IMG/VR virus record: IMGVR_UViG_3300006917_000001
Length of the DNA: 64,000 nt
Strand: one strand, 5' to 3'
DNA from: an uncultured virus (IMG/VR IMGVR_UViG_3300006917_000001)
Taxonomy: Duplodnaviria > Heunggongvirae > Uroviricota > Caudoviricetes
In this document: one piece after another, positions 36,347 to 45,629 of the stretch
Numbering within the stretch: the first letter of the stretch is position 1
How the letters are laid out: each line of letters opens with the position of its first letter
Program-made: the position numbers and the translations under genes
Notes under the pieces: model-generated
Told to the model about the DNA's origin: nothing
Database searches by the model: none
Seen by the model: the letters and a program-made list of their open reading frames with translations, nothing else

Positions 36347-37279
36347 TCAGTCCTGCCTGCGAATGAGGGACAGAAACTCGTTACGTGCCTCCGGTTTCTC
36401 CCGAAATGCTCCAGTCATGCTCGAGGTCACCATAACGGAAGATTGCTTAGAGACGCCCCGTGCCACCATGCACAAATGAACTCCCTCTAGCACGCAAGCG
36501 GCCCCCAACGGATGGAGGTACTTGTCCAGGGCTTCAGTAACCTGCTGGCAAATTCGTTCCTGAACTTGTAAGCGCCGACAATAGATTTCCAAAATACGAG
36601 CCAACTTGGAAACCCCGATCACTTTGCCATTTGGGATATACGCGATGTGAGCCTTACCATGAAACGGCAGCATATGATGCTCACAACAGGAAATAAATTC
36701 CACATTGCGCAATACCACCATTTCATCACATGGTTCTTCAAAAACAGTAATAACATCTCCAGGATTCCGTTTGTAGCCGGCAAACAATTCATCCCACGAA
36801 CGTACCACTCGATCCGGAGTCTTAAGCAATCCATCCCGATTGCAATCTTCCCCAAGGTACTGAAGAATACGACGCACATTATCTTGGGGACCGTCCTGTT
36901 TTTGCTGGCGCTCCCATGGAAAAGAAATCCACGAACAAATGTTCTCCTGGGGTTTATCCACCAACGCCAAAAACCCAACAGCGTCAGGATATTCCCGCAT
37001 GTAGCGATCTCTGGTACTCCCACTATCCACCAAATCATCCACAAAGAGATCGGCATCACAAGGATCTTCAACCAAAGTGTAGTGGTCTGAGTAGTTCAAA
37101 AACATGGCCCCCACGGGAAGACCACCATTGGGGATCGCGTAAACTTTCATACGAACCTCTCCAGCCTGATCCCGGGAGAGTCGCAGAAAATGACTTGATC
37201 TCAAAAAGTCCGCTTCTTGAAGCAAACGCAAAAAGCGTCGCCGAACTTCACCATAGGAAAAATTTACAATCTCAACCAT
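36347..37279 (-). CDS. folE: phosphoribosyltransferase - GTP cyclohydrolase I fusion
   Basis: N-terminus IPNGG, VDDLVDSGST, WISFPWE; C-terminus TPDRV, CEHHMLPF, GVSKLAR, QVQER, HLCMVARG. Confidence 0.88.
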   Translation of the reverse strand: MVEIVNFSYGEVRRRFLRLLQEADFLRSSHFLRLSRDQAGEVRMKVYAIPNGGLPVGAMFLNYSDHYTLVEDPCDADLFVDDLVDSGSTRDRYMREYPDAVGFLALVDKPQENICSWISFPWERQQKQDGPQDNVRRILQYLGEDCNRDGLLKTPDRVVRSWDELFAGYKRNPGDVITVFEEPCDEMVVLRNVEFISCCEHHMLPFHGKAHIAYIPNGKVIGVSKLARILEIYCRRLQVQERICQQVTEALDKYLHPLGAACVLEGVHLCMVARGVSKQSSVMVTSSMTGAFREKPEARNEFLSLIRRQD

Positions 37280-37457
37280 GATGTTCCGTTTCCTTTCTAG
37301 CATCCACAATAGCTTGAATTTCGGATCGGTTGATAGTGACCTCTCGTGGGGCTTCGATTCCCAGCTTCACATGAGTTCCAGACACTTCCACCACCAACAC
37401 GCGAATATTGCCACCAATGATAATAGATTCATTGGCTTTTCTACTTAGCACCAACAT
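37272..37457 (-). CDS. csrA: carbon storage regulator
   Basis: MLVLSRKANESIIIG...VKLGIEAPREVTINRSEI. Confidence 0.93.
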   Translation of the reverse strand: MLVLSRKANESIIIGGNIRVLVVEVSGTHVKLGIEAPREVTINRSEIQAIVDARKETEHHG

Positions 37458-37459
37458 GA

Positions 37460-38152
37460 TTACACCTCCTTGAGAACAATTTCCCGAGATTCGTATTCAA
37501 TCGGATCTGGCAATCCATTTGCCGCAAAAGCAGCCAAACGCTCCTGACAAGACCCACACTTACCACAAGCCACGGGCTGGTCTTTGTAGCATGTGCGAGT
37601 AAGAATATACGGCACTTGATACCGTAGGCCATACTCCAAAATTGAATTCTTATTCATATTCAAAAATGGAGTCATGAGCTTAATACGACCATCCGTGCCG
37701 TAATGAATAGCGGCAGCCATTGCACTCACAAAATCTGGCCGGCAGTCCGGATAAATAGCGTGATCACCAGAATGGACTCCCATCCACACTTCTACGGCAT
37801 CAGTGCTCCACGCTAAGCCGGACAGAATAGAGGCAAAAATAAGATTGCGTCCAGGAACCACGGTCTGTTCCATAGACTTAGCCTCGTAATGACCTTCCGG
37901 AATTGGACCTCCTTGACGCAAAAGGTTGCTCCTCAACAGCGCCCCCACGTTATTAAGATCCACCAAATCGTAGGGCACAGAATAGTGACTCGCCAAGTTA
38001 GCGGCAGCCGCATTTTCATAAGAATTGTGCTTGGAGCCGTAACAAAATCCAACAGCACGAACTACCTTGCGTCCACTCTCAATCATGGACGCAAACAACG
38101 TGGCTGAATCCATCCCACCACTCAATGACAGAACCGCAGGAATACGACCCAT
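37460..38152 (-). CDS. queC: 7-cyano-7-deazaguanine synthase
   Basis: SGGMDS, VPGRN, YPDCR, TCY..CGKCGSC. Confidence 0.95.
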   Translation of the reverse strand: MGRIPAVLSLSGGMDSATLFASMIESGRKVVRAVGFCYGSKHNSYENAAAANLASHYSVPYDLVDLNNVGALLRSNLLRQGGPIPEGHYEAKSMEQTVVPGRNLIFASILSGLAWSTDAVEVWMGVHSGDHAIYPDCRPDFVSAMAAAIHYGTDGRIKLMTPFLNMNKNSILEYGLRYQVPYILTRTCYKDQPVACGKCGSCQERLAAFAANGLPDPIEYESREIVLKEV

Positions 38153-38153
38153 T

Positions 38154-38945
38154 TCATTCCACTCCAATCAACTTGTGCAACTGAACACCCAAACGATAAC
38201 CGAACGTCATACAAGACTTGACCACCGCCTTAAGATGCAAGTCATTGCGCTGTGGATCTTGAACATCCACGGGCTGCAAGTAAATGTCCTGAGGGGGAGT
38301 GTTGAGAGGAGGTCTAGCCGGCATAAAATTGGAGCCCAACACGCTAGAAGGCAATCCGTCTTCAGCGTGGACCTGATCGCACTCCATTACATATTTCCAA
38401 CAATCAATATGAGGCAAAAGACTATCACTAACCTTGACCGCCTTGGGACTACACACCACCGTGAAAGCAACACGTCTTTTATGTGTCCCACCATACTCGC
38501 TATGGAGCTTTGAGAGAAATTTAGCATCACCAGCCGTCGTTCCATTGGTTTCAACTTGGACGCTAAAACCACCGTCCAACAACGCTTCTATCAAATGAAA
38601 TACGTTTGGTTGACGGAATGGCTCCCCACCAGTAATCACCACCAACGGATTCACAGAATACTTAGTCACCCCAATTGGCCGACCATATAACGGAACTGGT
38701 CGCTGAACCAAAGCTATTTGTGAAACCAAATCAGGAATGCTAAACTGCCGGCGCCCCTTTGTATATTGTGTATCACATAAAGGGCATTTCAAATTACATC
38801 CAGCCAACCGAACAAAAGTGGAGAGCACGCCAGCAAATGGACCCTCCCCCTGAATGGTACTCCAAACATTGATCACATCCAGTTTCGCAATTTCAACTGG
38901 ACTCACTCCTACCAAAAGCCTTTCAGGTTTCTGGTCATTTAGCAT
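38154..38945 (-). CDS. queE: 7-carboxy-7-deazaguanine synthase (radical SAM)
   Basis: TIQGEG, CNLKCPLCDT, TGGEP, VETNG, SPK, QLHK. Confidence 0.95.
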   Translation of the reverse strand: MLNDQKPERLLVGVSPVEIAKLDVINVWSTIQGEGPFAGVLSTFVRLAGCNLKCPLCDTQYTKGRRQFSIPDLVSQIALVQRPVPLYGRPIGVTKYSVNPLVVITGGEPFRQPNVFHLIEALLDGGFSVQVETNGTTAGDAKFLSKLHSEYGGTHKRRVAFTVVCSPKAVKVSDSLLPHIDCWKYVMECDQVHAEDGLPSSVLGSNFMPARPPLNTPPQDIYLQPVDVQDPQRNDLHLKAVVKSCMTFGYRLGVQLHKLIGVE

Positions 38946-39010
38946 AGTACAAATCTCCCCATAATAGAAATTCCCTTCCCTACATAATCGGCCCTGATGG
39001 ACCAAAGGCA

Positions 39011-39466
39011 TTACCCTGGACCCACACCCCAAGACGCCGAACAGTTTTCCGTTTCCAACACCAACACTCGTGAAATAAAACCAGGACCATAAGCAGGAGA
39101 GAAATGCTTGTTTCCAAGTTCCAACAAAAATCCCGCCATATTCTCAGCAGTAGGGTTAAACGGCACCACCGCTAATCCAGTTCCATCTAACTCACGAAAC
39201 GACTCAAGTAATGGGTCCTCACTCCACAAAATCATACGGTGATCCCAATTTTCGTCTAACCAAGGCTGGTAAAACCTCTTGAGTTCTCCAAAATCAATGA
39301 CCCGTCCCACAATATCTAACGCCCTGGAACTAGCGGTAACATACGTTACATAGTTGTGCCCGTGGAAATGCTTGCATTTAGACTCGTGGTTCACCACTCG
39401 GTGACCAGCGCAAAAATGCAACCGACGTGTCGCAGTAATAACAGAGGAATCATCAAACAAAACCAT
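39011..39466 (-). CDS. queD: 6-carboxytetrahydropterin synthase
   Basis: AGHR, C..FHGHNY, IDFG, DH, PTAEN, ET. Confidence 0.93.
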   Translation of the reverse strand: MVLFDDSSVITATRRLHFCAGHRVVNHESKCKHFHGHNYVTYVTASSRALDIVGRVIDFGELKRFYQPWLDENWDHRMILWSEDPLLESFRELDGTGLAVVPFNPTAENMAGFLLELGNKHFSPAYGPGFISRVLVLETENCSASWGVGPG

Positions 39467-39495
39467 AATTATGGCTCCTTCTTTTCGGGTACCAA

Positions 39496-39532
39496 CAAAA
39501 AAAAAGACTAGCGGTTCGCCGCTAGTCTTTTT
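39496..39532. terminator. bidirectional terminator
   Basis: A-run-GACTAGCGG-TTCG-CCGCTAGTC-T-run. Confidence 0.8.
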
Positions 39533-39557
39533 AAGAAACACAACTGAATGGAGAGGA

Positions 39558-40343
39558 CTACTCGCTGTCCAACCAATACCCATTATCGTTCCGTTGGACA
39601 GAAAGCCCCTTATACGTCTTGAGGTGATAGCTCAATTGGACGTTGACCGTCTTGGCCATGGACTCCTCCTCCCGATCCGGAAACTTCGAAACCAAAGCCT
39701 CCAAAATCTTAGCCTTAGTGATCGGGTGCTTCTCCGTAGCCTTCTTCAAGCACTCCACAATGGAGGCGATAACACCCGGACGCTGTTCACCATTCTTCTT
39801 CGCCTTCTTCTTGGCCTTGGGGGCCTTAGCCGGCACGTCCTCGTCGTCCGTATCCGTGTCAGCCTCCGGTTCTGCCTTCGCCTTTTTCTTGGCCTTAGCC
39901 GGCACGTCCTCGTCGTCGTCAACCTCCGGTTCGGCCTTCGCCTTCTTCTTGGCCTTGGGAGGGGCCGGCACGTCCTCGTCGTCCGTGTCAGCGTCCGTGT
40001 CAGCCTCCGGTTCTACCTTCGCCTTTTTCTTGGCCTTGGGGGCCGGCACGTCCTCGTCGTCCGTGTCAGCCTCCGGTTCCGGCTCAGCCTTTGCCGCCTT
40101 CTTCTTGGCCTTGGGGGCCTCGTCGGCATCCTCGTCCGTGTCATCCGCCACAATTTCAAATTCCGTCTTGGTCGCGCGCACCTTGTCCAACAAAGTTTGG
40201 TTCTCCTCCCCATCAGCTTCCAAAGAATCATCGTCCCGAATCAACGCCAACTTGGCGAGGCACCGTGCCTCCGACCACTTGTCTGCCCCCGCCCATCCAA
40301 GGTCCTGGAACAACGCAATTGCCTGACTGTGCTTCACTTGCAT
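39558..40343 (-). CDS. histone-like/DNA-binding protein with AKKKAK-DDED repeats and C-terminal winged-helix-like domain
   Basis: About five repeats of KAKKKAKAEPEADTDDEDVPA; C-terminal PGVIASIVECL...ITKAKIL. Confidence 0.6.
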   Translation of the reverse strand: MQVKHSQAIALFQDLGWAGADKWSEARCLAKLALIRDDDSLEADGEENQTLLDKVRATKTEFEIVADDTDEDADEAPKAKKKAAKAEPEPEADTDDEDVPAPKAKKKAKVEPEADTDADTDDEDVPAPPKAKKKAKAEPEVDDDEDVPAKAKKKAKAEPEADTDTDDEDVPAKAPKAKKKAKKNGEQRPGVIASIVECLKKATEKHPITKAKILEALVSKFPDREEESMAKTVNVQLSYHLKTYKGLSVQRNDNGYWLDSE

Positions 40344-40428
40344 GGCTTCACCTACTCCAATCTCAAATTCCAAAGTTAAAAACAACCACACTTCAACCAT
40401 ATTATCGGAACACACCAGAAACACAACC

Positions 40429-40995
40429 TCAGATTTTCGTTAAAATCTGAAGTAAAGTTTTCGTTTGAACTTCCGTCAATTCAGCACTCCCACCACGTTC
40501 TCCCAACCGTCCTGCCCGCAACTGTGCAGAAATAGTATTGTCAGAAGGGTGTAAACCCAACTCAGCCAGCACCGCCTTAGCGTCCGCCGCGTTCCACTTG
40601 TGCTCGCCCATCCACCTCAAAATAGCGGTCATGCTGTGTCCTTCCCACGCACTGCGACTTCGCACTTCATCCGTTTTAACCTCCATGAATTCTTTTGGCA
40701 GCTGGGGTTTCTTGTTCGCGCCAACACGTGCGATCAACTGAGCCAAAGCCTCCCGGTTAATGCGGTTAGCCTGTCCCACCACGGCAGCCGTAATGTGCTC
40801 TAACTCGTATGGAGTGCCCACCAACAGCGTAGGGTCCAATTCCACCATACGTCGCACATGATCTGCGGCAACAGCCAATTTATCGGCTGTATTCGCTACC
40901 CATTGAGGCAAATCAGGCACCTCTGGCCGTGGATTGCAGTTCACCACCACCGTAGGAACACCCATCGGGTTTCCCATACTCATTTCAGTTGTCAT
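40429..40995 (-). CDS. hypothetical protein
   Basis: AGGAG SD. Confidence 0.6.
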   Translation of the reverse strand: MTTEMSMGNPMGVPTVVVNCNPRPEVPDLPQWVANTADKLAVAADHVRRMVELDPTLLVGTPYELEHITAAVVGQANRINREALAQLIARVGANKKPQLPKEFMEVKTDEVRSRSAWEGHSMTAILRWMGEHKWNAADAKAVLAELGLHPSDNTISAQLRAGRLGERGGSAELTEVQTKTLLQILTKI

Positions 40996-41029
40996 TGGGG
41001 TTCTCCTATCATAAAAAGTAACACCATCC

Positions 41030-41060
41030 CTGCCCCCTTGGCGTTGTGCCAAGGGGGCAG
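41030..41060. terminator. 13-bp GC hairpin
   Basis: CTGCCCCCTTGGC / GCCAAGGGGGCAG. Confidence 0.5.
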
Positions 41061-41071
41061 AGGGGAGCCAC

Positions 41072-41341
41072 TTATTTCAGCCCCAAATTCCCGATCAAAC
41101 CAAGCAAAGTGGCGCACGGCTGGGAACAGACCCAACCATTCATAATTGGCACTTTGGACCAGTCAGGTACCTCCAACACAAGGTTCAGTTTCTTGGCGTG
41201 TTCCAAGTATTCCAAAAGGTCGCCAAGCTGAATTTCCAAAGAGTTGGCGATTTCTTCTAACTGCCGGCCCGAAACGACCCCCGATTTAGTTTCAGAGGCC
41301 CCCTGACCCTTGTATTTTTTCGGCTCAAACTCAAGCACCAC
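41072..41341 (-). CDS. hypothetical protein
   Basis: 89-aa ORF, weak start context. Confidence 0.4.
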   Translation of the reverse strand: MVLEFEPKKYKGQGASETKSGVVSGRQLEEIANSLEIQLGDLLEYLEHAKKLNLVLEVPDWSKVPIMNGWVCSQPCATLLGLIGNLGLK

Positions 41342-41565
41342 AACACAAAATTTTCAGAAAACTTTTTTGGAAAACACCTAAGTCTTTAATTTTCAAAGAC
41401 TTACGGCGCAGGAAATTTTTAGAAATAATTTCCCGCAACCACCCACCACCCACCACCCCCCAACCCCAAAAAGTTTTCTAAAAATTTTCCGCGCTGTAAA
41501 CCGTTGAAAACCAACAACTTACAGAGTTTCTGAAAAAGTTTTCTGAAAATTAAGTGGTTTCCCAC

Positions 41566-41593
41566 TTGCACTTGAGCCGAAACAGTGTAAAAT
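41566..41593 (+). promoter_or_regulatory. early sigma70-type promoter, copy 1
   Basis: TTGCAC-N16-TAAAAT; 22-mer GAGCCGAAACAGTGTAAAATAC is shared with two copies at 52.3/52.5 kb. Confidence 0.7.
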
Positions 41594-41625
41594 ACAAGGG
41601 TCAGGGCCGGAATAACCAACCACCA

Positions 41626-42028
41626 AAACGCACCCCGCCCCCTTGTGGGGGCGGGGTTTTCCCAAACGAAAGGAACTTCAAAAATGACGACCACAAGCAC
41701 AAGCCCCTACGGTGACACCATTAAGAACATGGACACCTTGCGGCAAATTTTGACGGAAACACTGAAAGCCTTAGAGGGGTTGCCGGAAAAGAGCGACACC
41801 ACCAGTAAGCGATTGGAAGCCATGTTGGCCGGCCTTGAAATTTCCAAAACAGAAATTTCGTGTAGCTGGTACAAATGGAGCCTGGAACGGGCGCACGAAG
41901 AATTGCATGCGGAAAAACAACGGAACCAGGAACTTGTTTGGGAAATGAACAAACTGAAAACGAAAAACAAGTAAGGAACCGGAAACGCACCCCGCCCCCT
42001 TGTGGGGGCGGGGTTTTCCCAAACGAAA
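41626..42028 (+). repeat. 46-bp identical direct repeats containing an 11-bp GC hairpin (41626-41671, 41983-42028)
   Basis: AAACGCACCCCGCCCCCTTGTGGGGGCGGGGTTTTCCCAAACGAAA occurs twice, flanking one gene. Confidence 0.9.
41684..41974 (+). CDS. early coiled-coil protein
   Basis: AAGGA SD; paralog of 42373-42639. Confidence 0.65.
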   Translation: MTTTSTSPYGDTIKNMDTLRQILTETLKALEGLPEKSDTTSKRLEAMLAGLEISKTEISCSWYKWSLERAHEELHAEKQRNQELVWEMNKLKTKNK

Positions 42029-42094
42029 CGAAAAGTTTTCCAAAAATTTTCGGCGCTGTAAACCGTTAAAAACCACAACACAAAGGACACAACA

Positions 42095-42361
42095 ATGCAG
42101 ACAGAACTGAGCGCCTGGGAAGAAGCCAAGATGGACCTTTATTACGAACAATCGCTGGGGGAAACCCGGCGACTGCCGGATTTACTAGTCTTGTTCCAAT
42201 ACTGGGTCAAAATCTGCTGGCATCGTATCAAGGTTCGCCGGTCCCCTTGTGGACAGGGCAACCACGACTGGGATGACCAGTCCACCGCCGGCCCGGACAG
42301 CGGAAACATTCACCTCGTTTGCCGGCACTGCGGCGAAACTTTCCACAAGAACCTTTACTAA
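42095..42361 (+). CDS. early zinc-binding protein
   Basis: C...H.W...CRHCG. Confidence 0.6.
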   Translation: MQTELSAWEEAKMDLYYEQSLGETRRLPDLLVLFQYWVKICWHRIKVRRSPCGQGNHDWDDQSTAGPDSGNIHLVCRHCGETFHKNLY

Positions 42362-42372
42362 GGACCCCGCAA

Positions 42373-42639
42373 ATGGAAAACAACATCCTCAGCGTCATCG
42401 ACAAATTGGCGGACGTACAGAAAATACTCTACAACACCATTGGCATGATCCCGGCAGAACGCCATGCCGGCCTCCGGACAAAAATGAAAAGCATGATGAG
42501 GCAACTGGAACCAATGCGGTCCCACTTGTTGACCGAATACTACCGAGAAGGGAACAGCCACCTCCAGGCAAAACTGATTGAGGAGCAAAAGAAAAACCAA
42601 GAACTCACCGCCCAACTCCAAAAACTCCAACAACAATGA
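42373..42639 (+). CDS. early coiled-coil protein
   Basis: AAGGA SD; paralog of 41684-41974. Confidence 0.65.
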   Translation: MENNILSVIDKLADVQKILYNTIGMIPAERHAGLRTKMKSMMRQLEPMRSHLLTEYYREGNSHLQAKLIEEQKKNQELTAQLQKLQQQ

Positions 42640-42833
42640 ACCGAAGCCAGAAATTGGCCGTGGCATCATCCCTCGCCGTCCAAAACCTGCGAGGGGTGCT
42701 ACTCCACCTAGAACAGAATGCTCCCGTAGAAATCAAAGCAGACGCTATAGCGTTTGCCAAAAAGATAGACCGATACTACCGAAAACGAGACGGGTTTATT
42801 CCCCGTCCAGTCATTCGCCTCTGCAACACCTAG
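42636..42833 (+). CDS. early hypothetical protein
   Basis: ATGA coupling. Confidence 0.55.
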   Translation: MNRSQKLAVASSLAVQNLRGVLLHLEQNAPVEIKADAIAFAKKIDRYYRKRDGFIPRPVIRLCNT

Positions 42834-42849
42834 ACCTGGGAGAACTTTC

Positions 42850-43098
42850 ATGGCCCGATCTAAAACTAAACTTCACTTCTGGATGGTCACACTGGTCCGT
42901 CAAATGGAGGACGACTTGTTTCAGTACCACCCCCACGTGAGAGGATGGGTGGTAATGGCGAAATCCCCGGAAGAAGCCACGCAACTCATTGCCAAAAATT
43001 TGGACAATGGACCAGAAGGCGAGTTTGCCGGCTACACGCTAGAGGCTTCTGTTCTCGAGTTTTACCTCGCGGACGGACGGGCAGCGCAGCTCGTCTAA
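42850..43098 (+). CDS. early hypothetical protein
   Basis: GGGAG SD. Confidence 0.6.
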   Translation: MARSKTKLHFWMVTLVRQMEDDLFQYHPHVRGWVVMAKSPEEATQLIAKNLDNGPEGEFAGYTLEASVLEFYLADGRAAQLV

Positions 43099-43123
43099 CC
43101 CACCAACAACTCACAACCCAAGC

Positions 43124-43154
43124 AGCCCGGAGGTTTACCCTCCGGGCTTTTTTT
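43124..43154 (+). terminator. intrinsic terminator
   Basis: AGCCCGGAGG-TTTAC-CCTCCGGGCT followed by a T-run. Confidence 0.85.
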
Positions 43155-43158
43155 GTGC

Positions 43159-44556
43159 CTAGAAGCAGCTAAGAACCGCTGGATTACCAACGTCCAAACA
43201 ACCAGCAACATGGACACACTTGTCTTCGGAAAACTCGCTCTCACGCAGTACCAACCAGTTCAAACGCATTAGTCCGTATTCCTTTTCCTCCCGGCTACTG
43301 TTCAGCCCCACCATGCCAGTAACATGCGCGAACTTTCGTTTATCGTCCGTGAAATTGGTTCGTCCTAGCAAATCCTGCTTGTACGAGGCTGCGTCTGATT
43401 GAGTAGCAGTCACCACCAAACAATGGAACGATTGGGACAGGGCTCGCAACCCTTTCCACGTAGCATTGATTTGATCTCTTGATTCTACAATGCCTTGAGG
43501 TGGAGCCAAAATATCAGCATAGTCCACTACAATGACATCAGGTACCCAACCCTCCCGCTCCCATGTCTGTAAAATAGTACGAACTCCATGAACGGACAAT
43601 GTGCTATTCGGGTGAACAGAAAGTTTCAACAGAGATTGGTTTCCTCCCAATTTCTTAATTACTCCCTGGCAAGCTTTCCAAGCCATTTCCCACGACAAGC
43701 CTTGGTCATAATCAATCTCTTCTAAATCCACCTTGGCATACTTTTCATGGGGCTCCCGTTCAATAAAGCGTGGAAACTTAATAGTCTTTGGAGTAAGTGG
43801 ATGCTTAGAAACACGAATCATCCACCGCCGCATAATCTGGTTCTGACTCATGTCTCCCACTTCAAAAAAAGCAACCCGTTTTCCTTGTACCATTGCCCTC
43901 CAAGCTAAATCTAACAACCACCACGTCTTGCCACGTTTTTCCGGTCCCATGAATGAAACAAACGCATCACGTTCCAAAGCATTCCCAAAAAAATTAGCCA
44001 ACGCCCCACGGTAGTGAACCAACGGCTCCAAATTTTCTTGGAACGCTTCTTTAATGGCGGTCTCATCCGTCAGCACATCTACTCCGGCACCAGCTCCTAT
44101 TTCCAAACGTCCAAAGGTATTCAACCGAGTATAGGCTTGGTCTACTTTCTTATCTTCCAAATCATCTTGAACCGCTTGGATCAGCCGGCCAAGACGCACC
44201 TCGTTAAAATATCTTCCCGCCACATCCAATACATATTCAGTATTGGACTCCCCTTGCAAAGACTCGTATTCACCAGACAGACCAGATAAAAAACTGGAAA
44301 CAAGTTGCGTTGTAGTCTTGTCTTTGGAAGCGGACGCCCACTGCTCAAAAATATCTTCAATGTGCTTGCCAGGAGCCTTACCGTATTTCAAAAAATGCTT
44401 AACGCACCAATTCGCAATGATGTTAGACCATTGAGAATAAAACAATCCATTATCTTTGTCCCACTTGGAAGCTAGCCGGCTGAGAACAAGTGGATCAACA
44501 ATCATACCAATGAGAACACGTCGTTCCTCTTTGCTATCTCGGCTTTCCACTTTCAT
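43159..44556 (-). CDS. replicative DnaB-like (SF4) helicase
   Basis: GPEKRGKT, VIVVDYADI, VTATQ. Confidence 0.85.
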   Translation of the reverse strand: MKVESRDSKEERRVLIGMIVDPLVLSRLASKWDKDNGLFYSQWSNIIANWCVKHFLKYGKAPGKHIEDIFEQWASASKDKTTTQLVSSFLSGLSGEYESLQGESNTEYVLDVAGRYFNEVRLGRLIQAVQDDLEDKKVDQAYTRLNTFGRLEIGAGAGVDVLTDETAIKEAFQENLEPLVHYRGALANFFGNALERDAFVSFMGPEKRGKTWWLLDLAWRAMVQGKRVAFFEVGDMSQNQIMRRWMIRVSKHPLTPKTIKFPRFIEREPHEKYAKVDLEEIDYDQGLSWEMAWKACQGVIKKLGGNQSLLKLSVHPNSTLSVHGVRTILQTWEREGWVPDVIVVDYADILAPPQGIVESRDQINATWKGLRALSQSFHCLVVTATQSDAASYKQDLLGRTNFTDDKRKFAHVTGMVGLNSSREEKEYGLMRLNWLVLRESEFSEDKCVHVAGCLDVGNPAVLSCF

Positions 44557-45425
44557 TTATACTTTTCCCCCAAGCCACTTTCCATCCAAAGATCGTGCCA
44601 CAATGCCACATCTCCATATTGAACCGCCCACTCCCGACCTTCTATATGGAACCAATCAGAATTAGGTCGAAAGATCATTGGCTTCAAGTCACCAAACCAA
44701 CCCTCCCATTTAATCAAACGGGAATTGATGGCGCGAAACCAACCTTCTACAAAATGACGAGGCGCAGAAAGGCACCGTGAATTAAGATATTCGTAAAAAC
44801 GAACCAAACGACGCAAACGGAATATAAGATTCCGCTTTTCTTTGGGTAACCCTTCCATGGTGTTTTCTTCACCTAACAAATCTTCCGTGAATTGGCGTTC
44901 CTTGGCGCGAATAGACTCCATGCGAGAAGATAACTCTGCCACAAATTCCCGATAGTTAGAAAGACTAGCTTCCACCACTTCTGGTAATTGAGCTACGCTT
45001 CCCCTCGGCCAATACAAAGTTTTCAAATCATTGTAAACTTTGGCCGCTTCCCCACTGAGCTGAACTTCTGATTTGGAAGTTTTGGAATCTGAACCAGAAA
45101 TTCTCAATTTGGCTTCTTGTATCTCCGGGAGGCGTTGGCGAAATCCCTTGGCAGAGCGAATAAGGGGAACGTAATCATTTTTCAAATTGGCGCAGTACCA
45201 ATCCAAAAGATCTTGGATTGTTTGATCAGAAAGCTCGTATTGTTTCTTGAGCTTGGAAAATTCTGTTTCCCAAGAACCAGACCGGATTGGATAAGAGGTT
45301 ACCCGGCGGTGAGTTCTCAAAGTATTGTGGAGTTGGAGTGCCCATGATTTGTTTTGTTCATGTTGAACAGGATTTGATTTGGAAACGAGCTTGGATTTTT
45401 TGAAACCGAAACCATCACTACTCAT
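44553..45425 (-). CDS. hypothetical replication protein (possible initiator or helicase loader)
   Basis: ATGA-coupled to the helicase, next to the repeat region; function inferred from position only. Confidence 0.5.
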   Translation of the reverse strand: MSSDGFGFKKSKLVSKSNPVQHEQNKSWALQLHNTLRTHRRVTSYPIRSGSWETEFSKLKKQYELSDQTIQDLLDWYCANLKNDYVPLIRSAKGFRQRLPEIQEAKLRISGSDSKTSKSEVQLSGEAAKVYNDLKTLYWPRGSVAQLPEVVEASLSNYREFVAELSSRMESIRAKERQFTEDLLGEENTMEGLPKEKRNLIFRLRRLVRFYEYLNSRCLSAPRHFVEGWFRAINSRLIKWEGWFGDLKPMIFRPNSDWFHIEGREWAVQYGDVALWHDLWMESGLGEKYK

Positions 45426-45629
45426 ATGTGGACCCTAGCATAGTAGCTGATCATTTTTATGGCAACAAGACCACTCATAAAATATTGGCTTGATAGACTC
45501 CTTATAAAATCGTAATAGAGCGATGAGAAGTAGATGGTAGATGATTCGCATAATGGAAAGTTGATCGGAACAACTTGGAGTTGATATGGAGTGTTGAGTT
45601 GATTGGCGCGCAAGCGCCGGTCAATGACG

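Noticed and set aside
39471..40379. Long plus-strand ORFs
   Set aside because: Antisense shadows of the Lys/Asp repeat protein
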